A stretch of DNA of 18,285 nt from Candidatus Micrarchaeota archaeon. GTDB lineage: Archaea; B1Sed10-29; WALL01; WAMD01. Shown here one piece after another: positions 1 through 7,227 of this stretch. The stretch spans positions 3,865 through 22,149 of the forward strand of contig CAZZDL010000013.1 of assembly GCA_964652335.1 (NCBI GenBank). Direction: 5' to 3'. How positions within the stretch are numbered: position 1 is the stretch's first letter; the number at the start of each line of letters is the position of its first letter. A program made the translations under genes and the position numbers. The notes beneath the pieces were generated by a model. The model saw only the letters and a list, made by a program, of their open reading frames with translations, ran no database searches and had not been told where the DNA came from.

Positions 1-213
1 AATCCTGCTGCTATGGCAATTGTAGGGATACTTGCCGTGATATTTATGTTGCTGATGGTTGTAGTAATTTCAGTGATTTATCTGGCTTCTACTTATGCAA
101 CCTATGAAGCCCTGGCTGGCTCTGGGACAGGACCTAAACCAAGACCTATCATCAGGCATCCACCTAAGGTAAGGAGAACAAAGAAAGCTAAAACGGTGAA
201 GAAAAGGAGATGA
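1..213 (+). CDS. Membrane protein with Lys/Arg-rich tail; probably the 3' end of a gene starting before the window
   Basis: Frame is open from base 1 (NPAA precedes the ATG at 13). Hydrophobic helix followed by a basic tail (RRTKKAKTVKKRR). Stop overlaps the next start (ATGA at 210-213). Confidence 0.65.
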   Translation, partial: NPAAMAIVGILAVIFMLLMVVVISVIYLASTYATYEALAGSGTGPKPRPIIRHPPKVRRTKKAKTVKKRR

Positions 214-833
214 AGGTAACCTATCTTACTCCCACAGACATAAATGAGTTTTTGTACTGTCAAGTTCAGTTTTACCTACATAAGGTACTAGGCTATTATC
301 CAAAGAAAAACAAGAATATGCAATTTGGATTTCAGAAGCATGCGGCGTTGTATGAAGAATCTTTGAAGGAGGAATTACCATTTACTTTTGAGGAAGGGCT
401 TCCTAAGGCGTTTGCAGGAGAGGTTCAGCCCTTCTCAGTAAGGGAATTTGATTTACTGTCAGAGAAATACAAACTAAAGGGCAGGGTTGATGAGATACAT
501 GTTGAGAAGAATCTTGTCAGAGTAATAGATGATAAGAAATCAGACAAGGTTTATTCAAGCTATAAGATGCAAGTATATGCGTATGCATTAGCTTTTCAGG
601 ATATTTATGGACCCTATCCTACAGAGGTAGTAATACGAAATCTAGATTCTGGAAATGAAATGTGGAAAACAAAATTTACATCTGACAAAAAAAGAGAGAT
701 AAAAGAATTATTGGATACAATGTGGGATGTTGTTAATAGGGAGAAAAAACCGATCCCCAGCTCAGGATACAAATGCGAGAAATGTGGATTAAACTACATT
801 TGTGACTTTTACAAAAGAAGAAAGGGGATTTGA
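210..833 (+). CDS. cas4: Solo Cas4-family / PD-(D/E)XK RecB-like nuclease with predicted Fe-S cluster
   Basis: N-terminal Cys (YCQ) plus C-terminal CxxC-x5-C (CEKCGLNYIC). G..H motif, GRVD, IDDK (ExK position) and QVYAY motifs present. Confidence 0.8.
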   Translation: MKVTYLTPTDINEFLYCQVQFYLHKVLGYYPKKNKNMQFGFQKHAALYEESLKEELPFTFEEGLPKAFAGEVQPFSVREFDLLSEKYKLKGRVDEIHVEKNLVRVIDDKKSDKVYSSYKMQVYAYALAFQDIYGPYPTEVVIRNLDSGNEMWKTKFTSDKKREIKELLDTMWDVVNREKKPIPSSGYKCEKCGLNYICDFYKRRKGI

Positions 834-837
834 GATC

Positions 838-1224
838 TCAATCTCCTAGGATTCTCCTTCCAGCAGATATATCATCTAATACAAAAACTACATTCACCTT
901 GCCTTGATGGAACGTTCCAAGATATATCGCTTCAATGTTTACTCCTTCCTTTGCAAGAGCATCTGCAACCTCTGCCAATGCATTGGGCTTATCATCAAAT
1001 GCTTTTACTAATACCTCTCCTTCAGTGTAAAGAAAGTCCCCATCCTCAAGAACCTTCTTAGTTTTTTCTTCATTATCTACCAAGATTCTGATGTAGCCCT
1101 GTTTTCCTATTCTCTCAGTTGTTATTGCTTTTATGTTTATTCCTTCTTTTCCAAGGGTTCTTGCCACCTTAGCTAGCTGCCCAGGAGTATTCTCGACCTC
1201 AATAACGAATTCTGTTGCAATCAT
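838..1224 (-). CDS. ACT domain-containing protein (two ACT repeats)
   Basis: ENTPGQLAKVARTLGKEGINI and DDKPNALAEVADALAKEGVNI are tandem ACT signatures. Confidence 0.9.
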   Translation of the reverse strand: MIATEFVIEVENTPGQLAKVARTLGKEGINIKAITTERIGKQGYIRILVDNEEKTKKVLEDGDFLYTEGEVLVKAFDDKPNALAEVADALAKEGVNIEAIYLGTFHQGKVNVVFVLDDISAGRRILGD

Positions 1225-1578
1225 TTACTCACCTCCAATAATAACAACCCCTGTTTCAGGGGAATAGTATCTTATCGGCCTACACTCTGGATCAACTTCT
1301 ACAAACGAATCTGCTGTTTTTCCATATTCTGAGCATTGATTAGCTGGGTCGTTATCTACTTCTTGCCTTGGCCAATGGGCGACGTCACATACCCAACCTT
1401 TTTCTAATGAATTGGATAAGCAAGGCCCGTTGGACAGATCTATTTTGGCTGATTTACATAGCTCAACGCATTTTTCCACAACGTCAGGATAGGCCTTTTT
1501 ACTGTTAATGCACCCAGTACTTAGTATCAGAACACTTAAAGTTAGAAATAACGCCGGCGCCAGTATGAATCGTTTCAT
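1225..1578 (-). CDS. Small Cys-rich predicted lipoprotein
   Basis: MKRF, hydrophobic stretch, then lipobox-like STGC. Six further Cys in the mature domain. Start is the ATG at 1578 or the GTG at 1587. Confidence 0.75.
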   Translation of the reverse strand: MKRFILAPALFLTLSVLILSTGCINSKKAYPDVVEKCVELCKSAKIDLSNGPCLSNSLEKGWVCDVAHWPRQEVDNDPANQCSEYGKTADSFVEVDPECRPIRYYSPETGVVIIGGE

Positions 1579-1586
1579 AATTACCA

Positions 1587-1817
1587 CTACAAACTTGGCG
1601 ATATGAATAGGACGTTATCTCCTCTGACTACTAAGGTTCCAAGTCTTCTTACCACTTGGTCATTCTCTAGCTCCTCTGCCCCGTCAAGCACTAGATTCAT
1701 ATGTACATCAAAGGCCTTTAGTGTCCCTCTGAATTCTCTCTGCCCCTTGACTTTCACTAAAACAGTCTTCCCTATCGCATCACTCAGAAAATCAAATGGT
1801 CTTGCTCCATTTGTCAT
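1587..1817 (-). CDS. Archaeal Sm-like (Lsm/SmAP) RNA-binding protein
   Basis: RPFDFL...V.VK.KG.REFRG.L.AFD.HMNLVL (Sm1) and VVRGDNVLFISP (Sm2). Confidence 0.95.
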   Translation of the reverse strand: MTNGARPFDFLSDAIGKTVLVKVKGQREFRGTLKAFDVHMNLVLDGAEELENDQVVRRLGTLVVRGDNVLFISPSL

Positions 1818-2629
1818 TTTGTTCCCTCCTTCTTTCCAATTATTGGTAATTTAGTGAATATATTCTTGATAGCTTCTATAATCCCAACCTTTTTCTCTAT
1901 CTTTACAACCTTTGACACGCCAGTCAGCTTGGATGCAAGTGACATTATCACCAATGAAGATGGCGCATCTGGATATTTTATCACAACAGGAACACCTTCA
2001 ATTGAAGATTTCCTCAGTAGTGGATCTTCAGGTATAGTCGCTAGCAAAGGAAGCTGTATAAGCTTAGTAATCTCCCTTTCTTTCATCTCTTGCTTTATTC
2101 CTTTGTACATGTTTACAACAACACCTGTCATGTCCATGCTTAGTCTTCTTTCTGCAAACATGGCTAGTTTCATTGCATCTGCAACGGACACAGGCTCTGC
2201 CATTGTTATTAACAGCATTTCATTTGCAGCATGGAATGCAGCCAACGCATCTGGTCCTACACCTGGTGGACAGTCTATTAACACAAAGTCATGCCCCTCT
2301 GATAGTTCAGCTACTACTTCGCCTAATTTTTCTTCGTCAACTCTGAGCATTTTCTCCAACGAGAGACCTGACGGAACGAATTCAACATTTTCTCTAACAT
2401 TATAGACAGCATCAATTGGTTTTACGGTTCCCATTAGTGCATCTTGTAAAGTTACTGGTCTTTGTTCCATCCCTAGCATTAGCCCCAAATTTGCCATTTG
2501 TATGTCCGCGTCAATTAGCAAAACTTTCTTTCCAAGCATACCAAGAGCAATTCCTAGATTAGCAGTAATTGCAGTCTTGCCAACCCCTCCCTTTCCTGAG
2601 GCAATTGCTATTATCCTTGGTTTACTCAC
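1814..2629 (-). CDS. minD: Archaeal MinD/ParA-family ATPase
   Basis: Deviant Walker A SGKGGVGKT, DAD and IDCPPG motifs, IPED. C-terminal amphipathic helix GIIEAIKNIFTKL. Confidence 0.9.
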   Translation of the reverse strand: MSKPRIIAIASGKGGVGKTAITANLGIALGMLGKKVLLIDADIQMANLGLMLGMEQRPVTLQDALMGTVKPIDAVYNVRENVEFVPSGLSLEKMLRVDEEKLGEVVAELSEGHDFVLIDCPPGVGPDALAAFHAANEMLLITMAEPVSVADAMKLAMFAERRLSMDMTGVVVNMYKGIKQEMKEREITKLIQLPLLATIPEDPLLRKSSIEGVPVVIKYPDAPSSLVIMSLASKLTGVSKVVKIEKKVGIIEAIKNIFTKLPIIGKKEGTK

Positions 2630-3041
2630 CGTACCCTTCCCTCCTAAACTTTTTTGATAGTAGTTTCATTTCCAGTGGTGATACATATCCTTTTGCTTTT
2701 GCTATGTAAATATACTCACCATCACTATAAATAACTCTCGTTCCATTCTCAACACGAACCAAGACGTAGTCCGCATCCGGCAGTTCACTTCGGATATACT
2801 CAAACAATGCGGAGCCCTTTACACTTTCTATTCTTGATCCTCCATTACCTATGACTACCCCGTCTGGTTTGGATATAACTATTGAATCTAGGGTAAAGTC
2901 ATTTAGTAATCTGTGAAGCTTGTCATCTGGATTTGTTAATCCTCTTTTAACGGCTAGTAATTTCCTAAACCTTTCCTCTTCTAGAGTCTCTCTTCCAGAG
3001 AGTCTTCTGGCTAGATTTCTTATGTGCCAAAAGATTGTCAT
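2622..3041 (-). CDS. Hypothetical protein, possible roadblock/MglB- or profilin-like fold
   Basis: Overlaps both neighbours (translational coupling). SIVISKPDGVVIG hairpin and an apparent helix-2 strands-helix-3 strands-helix pattern. Fold is inferred. Confidence 0.6.
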   Translation of the reverse strand: MTIFWHIRNLARRLSGRETLEEERFRKLLAVKRGLTNPDDKLHRLLNDFTLDSIVISKPDGVVIGNGGSRIESVKGSALFEYIRSELPDADYVLVRVENGTRVIYSDGEYIYIAKAKGYVSPLEMKLLSKKFRREGYGE

Positions 3042-3736
3042 TTCTTATTCTCCTTTAGAGCTATTTTTTTGAACTTTTCAATACCATGGCCCACTGGATA
3101 GTCTTCTCCAGATACTGGTGGTTTTTCCATTGTAGGTGGCTTTCCTGAGGCTTTTAGATATTCCTCAATCATGCTTTCTAATTGTTTGTGTTCTGATATG
3201 GCAGCTTTCTTTATATCTTCTGCCATTTCCTCCTCTATCGGTTTCTCTCTTCCCTTTATGTCCGTGATCTTGTATTTTTCCATTACGTCTTCCTTTGACT
3301 CTTCCTTTTCAAGGAATTCTTCTAGATCCTTTGTTTCATAGTCTTTGAATTCAGCCAGAAGGGCAGATAGCTTTACAACAGTTATTGGTTCCAAAAGTAA
3401 GCAGTCTTCATTGAATACCTTAAACAACTCCACTTGTTGTGTCTTCCATTTGTATATGCTATACAATCCTTTCTTTGAATTCAAATAACTCATAAATCTT
3501 GTTAATGCATTGGATGCGTTGATTCTCTTGCCAAATCTTATGTAGTAAAAGCTTGAACCGATTATTGCTCCATTCTCAATTATTACGAGACCCTCCACCA
3601 TTGTATGATTTGCTTCAGCTATATAGACAAAATATCCATTTTCTCTCTTGTTCATGAAGTCTCTAAGGTCAGAAATAGCTTTTTCTACCGCAAGCTTTTC
3701 CATTCTTTTTACAGGCTCTCCAATTGGGATGTTCAT
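3038..3736 (-). CDS. DUF2226-like protein with charged C-terminal tail
   Basis: MNIPIGEPV N-terminus and NGYFVY...EGLVIIENGAIIGS pattern, with position upstream of archaeal minD. Confidence 0.6.
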   Translation of the reverse strand: MNIPIGEPVKRMEKLAVEKAISDLRDFMNKRENGYFVYIAEANHTMVEGLVIIENGAIIGSSFYYIRFGKRINASNALTRFMSYLNSKKGLYSIYKWKTQQVELFKVFNEDCLLLEPITVVKLSALLAEFKDYETKDLEEFLEKEESKEDVMEKYKITDIKGREKPIEEEMAEDIKKAAISEHKQLESMIEEYLKASGKPPTMEKPPVSGEDYPVGHGIEKFKKIALKENKK

Positions 3737-3740
3737 CTAA

Positions 3741-4196
3741 TCACTCCTTATCAATCATTATCACAACATCCGCAGTATTCTTCAATGCAGATGAAAACCC
3801 TGGTTCGACGCCAATTACTATTGTTTCCTTTCCTCTTGCCTTTGCCTTTAATATCACTGGTTGGTAATCTGCATCTCTTGTCATCAATGCTATTATATCT
3901 ATGGCCGGATTGTATATCTGCTCCATAGCATCAACTGCCATCCATACGTCCACGTCAGTGGATGTTATCACAGGTTCAAACCCCTGGTTTGATACTGCTT
4001 CTATTAACTTGTCAGATGCATATTGATCAAGGAACACCTTAGCTATTTTTACGTTACCGTGCTTATTTAGCTTTTTCTTTACCTTGTCCAAGTCTATCTT
4101 GAATTCTTTCCTTAATATGTTTGGCCCGTCAACTAGTAATGCTATATTCTTTTTCTTTTTCACTAATCCAAGTTTGTATTTGAATTCCTCAAACAT
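3741..4196 (-). CDS. NYN domain protein (LabA/DUF88, TIGR00288-like PIN-fold nuclease)
   Basis: LLVDGPN, TDVDV.MAVDAM, TRDADY.P, GKETIVIG and S.ALKNTAD motifs. Confidence 0.9.
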   Translation of the reverse strand: MFEEFKYKLGLVKKKKNIALLVDGPNILRKEFKIDLDKVKKKLNKHGNVKIAKVFLDQYASDKLIEAVSNQGFEPVITSTDVDVWMAVDAMEQIYNPAIDIIALMTRDADYQPVILKAKARGKETIVIGVEPGFSSALKNTADVVIMIDKE

Positions 4197-4935
4197 TTAT
4201 ATCAAACACCTTTTCAACGTTTTTGCATATTTGATTACTAACTTCTTCCACGTCTAACTCCTTTATCCCAGCTATTGTATAAATGCTTTTTTCAACATTC
4301 CATGGAACATTTGCTTTCTTGTCTGGGGACAGGTATGGAGCGTCTGTTTCTGTGAGTATATATTCTAGGGGAACATTCTTTATTAATTTTGTGTAGTCTT
4401 TCTTGAACCTGACTATAGCTGTGGACAAAGACACAAACCCACCCAAGTCAATTATCTGTTTAGCCCTTGCCCATTTGTACTTGAATGAGTGTATGAAGAA
4501 TTGCTTGGGAGTATTCCTTTCTAGAATTTTAACAGTATCATCAAACGCGTCTCTAGTATGTATAACCAAAGGCATTCTCAATTCCTCAGCTAGTCCTATG
4601 CTCTTGGCGAAAAACTCCTTTTGCAACTCTCTTTTTGTGGGAATTTTTTCCCAATAGTAATCTAGACCCACTTCACCTATTCCAAGAATGCTATCCTTGT
4701 TTTCAATTACAAATCTTTCAAATTCATCCCATGATCTTGCCTTGACATTGACAGGACTGAATCCTAGAGTGACTTCTATTTTTTCACTTCTACTGGCTAT
4801 TTCCAGGCTTTTTCTACCATCGTTTATGTCTATCCCAGATGTTACCACTAATTTCATTTTGTTTTCAATTTCCTTGATAGTCCTCTCTTTCCCTTTGACT
4901 AGCGTTAGATGGCAATGCACGTCTATTAGATCCAT
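4189..4935 (-). CDS. tatD: TatD-family metal-dependent hydrolase/DNase
   Basis: DVHCH, GEVGLDY, HTR, HSF and ETDAPY motifs. Start set at the ATG at 4935 (MDLID), which has a TATA-like box 22-29 nt upstream. Confidence 0.92.
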   Translation of the reverse strand: MDLIDVHCHLTLVKGKERTIKEIENKMKLVVTSGIDINDGRKSLEIASRSEKIEVTLGFSPVNVKARSWDEFERFVIENKDSILGIGEVGLDYYWEKIPTKRELQKEFFAKSIGLAEELRMPLVIHTRDAFDDTVKILERNTPKQFFIHSFKYKWARAKQIIDLGGFVSLSTAIVRFKKDYTKLIKNVPLEYILTETDAPYLSPDKKANVPWNVEKSIYTIAGIKELDVEEVSNQICKNVEKVFDINV

Positions 4936-4956
4936 GCATGAGTTTATGGTTGTAGG

Positions 4957-4994
4957 AAATAAAAGCCTTTTAGCGATAATCAATCTTTTAAATA
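4957..4994. promoter_or_regulatory. Divergent TATA-like boxes for tatD (minus) and the UPF0104 gene (plus)
   Basis: Minus-strand TTTTATTT at 4957-4964 and plus-strand TTTTAAATA at 4986-4994, each about 20-29 nt from a start codon. Confidence 0.5.
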
Positions 4995-5013
4995 TCTTTT
5001 TGGTAATATCAGT

Positions 5014-6105
5014 GTGAAAGTTAAATCTAGGAAATCCGGTGGGATATCTAAGCGAAAGGCTTTATTCTCAGCTATTGGAATAGCCATCGTTTTATTGATC
5101 TTGCTAGTTGTCTGGTTAGGTCCACAGAATATTTTAGAAAGGTTAGAAAAGGCAGACTTATTCTTTATAGGTTTGGCTTTGGTAGTTGAGATAATCAATT
5201 TGTTTATTCTAGCCTTTAGATGGCATATATTCATAAACTCTGTTTCAAAGGTTGATTTCAAGACAACATTCATGATAACCCTTGCAGGATCAGCCACGAG
5301 TAACATAACTCCAAGTGGGAGGGTTGGAGGGGAGCCACTTAGGGTCTATCTCCTCAGAAAACTTAAAGGAGTCAGGTATGGGACCGGATTTGCAACCATT
5401 ATAGTAGAGCGGATCGCAGACATGCTAGCCTTCCTAGTCTTAGCATTTGTGGCAGTTGTATATTCTGTATTCTTTATCCGATTGCCGCCTCATGTTATTT
5501 TGCTGATGATCTTGTCTCTTTGCTCTACAGCCTCACTCATAATCGGGTTATGGTATGTGACATTTAGGAAGGAAATAAAATCCACCACAATAGAAGCTTG
5601 GTTGTCCAGACATGAATGGATAACTAAAAAGATACCTGTGCTTAACTATTACAAATCTCAGCTGGAGGAATCTGTAAGTAATTACTATAAACAGATTTCA
5701 AATATAATGCAGAAAAGGACATGGTTTTATTCTGGTTTTATTATTTCCTTTGTTTACTGGACGCTTGAGATAATGAGGGCTTACTTTCTCTTCTTAGCCT
5801 TTGGTGAGGTAGCTCATTTACCAGTGATTGCATTAGCTTATATCCTTTCAGCGATCATTGGTTCGTTGCCGTTTGGGATTGGAGGGATCGGCCTAACAGA
5901 GGGTACAATGATAATTATATATTCAACGTCCAACATTAACACAGTCGTAGCAGGAATTGTTACCGTGTTTGATAGACTGTTCTCCTATTGGTTGGTGATC
6001 CTTCTTGGATTGCCACTAGCGGGTTACTTAGGTATAGAATCTTTGGAGGTAGGTAAATATGCCAGATTACATGATAGCAACAGTAAAGGATCTAAAAAAG
6101 GGTAA
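5014..6105 (+). CDS. UPF0104 / lysylphosphatidylglycerol synthase TM-like (flippase-like) membrane protein
   Basis: Multiple TM helices with RW, NITPSGRVGGEP.R, ERIAD, P.GIGGIG.TE and DRL.SYW motifs. Confidence 0.88.
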   Translation: MKVKSRKSGGISKRKALFSAIGIAIVLLILLVVWLGPQNILERLEKADLFFIGLALVVEIINLFILAFRWHIFINSVSKVDFKTTFMITLAGSATSNITPSGRVGGEPLRVYLLRKLKGVRYGTGFATIIVERIADMLAFLVLAFVAVVYSVFFIRLPPHVILLMILSLCSTASLIIGLWYVTFRKEIKSTTIEAWLSRHEWITKKIPVLNYYKSQLEESVSNYYKQISNIMQKRTWFYSGFIISFVYWTLEIMRAYFLFLAFGEVAHLPVIALAYILSAIIGSLPFGIGGIGLTEGTMIIIYSTSNINTVVAGIVTVFDRLFSYWLVILLGLPLAGYLGIESLEVGKYARLHDSNSKGSKKG

Positions 6106-6445
6106 GTATGTCATCATAGATGGAATCCCATGCAAGGTTGTGGATATCCAAGTATCTAAACCAGGAAAACATGGTTCAGCCAAGGCAAGGGTTACTGCCA
6201 TAGGTATATTCAATGGAGAAAAAAAGCAGTTGCTAAAGCCAGTGGACGCGGAAGTTCATATTCCAATAGTTGAAAAGAGAGTTGGACAAGTGGTTGCAGA
6301 CATGGGAGACAAATATCAGCTTATGGATATGGAGACATATGAGACCTTTGAGATAGATAAGAATCCAGATGTTTCTGCCAATGTAGGGGATGAGGTTGAG
6401 TATATTAAGGCGTTGGGTCAAATGCAAGTAGTGAGGAAGAGATGA
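6059..6445 (+). CDS. eif5a: Translation factor aIF5A
   Basis: Hypusination motif SKPGKHGSAK. GGAGGT RBS at 6045-6050. Confidence 0.97.
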   Translation: MPDYMIATVKDLKKGKYVIIDGIPCKVVDIQVSKPGKHGSAKARVTAIGIFNGEKKQLLKPVDAEVHIPIVEKRVGQVVADMGDKYQLMDMETYETFEIDKNPDVSANVGDEVEYIKALGQMQVVRKR

Positions 6446-7227
6446 CTGATTGGAGATTCCTAGTCAGGCAGACCAGTCTAATCTGGGAGAACACTATGGA
6501 TCTTAGTGAAGCCGAAAAGGTGATTATCGGAATACCATTCGATTCCACTGCGACTGGTCTGTCTGGGGCTAAACTTGGGCCAGATAGGATAAGAGAAGAG
6601 TTTAGGTTATGGGCTCCCAGCTATGATTCTAGCCTAGGTTCCTTAGAAAACGTAAAGGTGTACGATGTTGGGAATGTTGAAACTATCCCTGGCGACCCAA
6701 AGGAGACCAGTAGACGCATATACTCTGTTGTTTCTGGCATTCTTGGGGAGAATCCTAATGTAAAGATAATTATCCTTGGCGGTGAGCATAGCATAACTTA
6801 TCCTGTGGTTAAAGCCTTAGCCGATAGTGGGAAAGGATTTGACTATCTTTGTTTCGATGCTCACTTGGATCTGCTTGATTCTTATCTTGGCTTAAAGGAG
6901 AGCCACGCTTCTGTAAATAGAAGAGTGTCTGAGATTGTCGGACCAGATCACATGGAAATAAGAGGAGCTAGGATAGGTGAGAAGGAGGAATGGGAGCTTG
7001 CCAGGAAGCTAGGTAGTGCGAAGGACCCAGTTTATCTTAGCATAGATCTAGATGTCCTTGAAGGCGTGCCTACAGGCACGCCTGTTCCAGACGGATGGAC
7101 ATTTACTAGACTGTGGAATGAGATAAAAGATAGAGAATGGGTTGCAGTGGACATTGTTGAGTACAATCCCATGCTTGGTGTGTCGCCAGTTCCTAGTGAG
7201 CTACTGAGGAGGTTTTTACTCCATTAA
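6442..7227 (+). CDS. speB: Agmatinase / ureohydrolase (arginase family)
   Basis: GIPFD, GP..IR, GGEHS, DAHLD, SIDLD and DIVEYNP motifs. Coupled to aIF5A by an ATGA overlap. Confidence 0.88.
   Translation: MTDWRFLVRQTSLIWENTMDLSEAEKVIIGIPFDSTATGLSGAKLGPDRIREEFRLWAPSYDSSLGSLENVKVYDVGNVETIPGDPKETSRRIYSVVSGILGENPNVKIIILGGEHSITYPVVKALADSGKGFDYLCFDAHLDLLDSYLGLKESHASVNRRVSEIVGPDHMEIRGARIGEKEEWELARKLGSAKDPVYLSIDLDVLEGVPTGTPVPDGWTFTRLWNEIKDREWVAVDIVEYNPMLGVSPVPSELLRRFLLH

Noticed and set aside
7224..7227. Convergent stop codons sharing TTAA (speB/metG)
   Set aside because: Ordinary compaction in a gene-dense genome.
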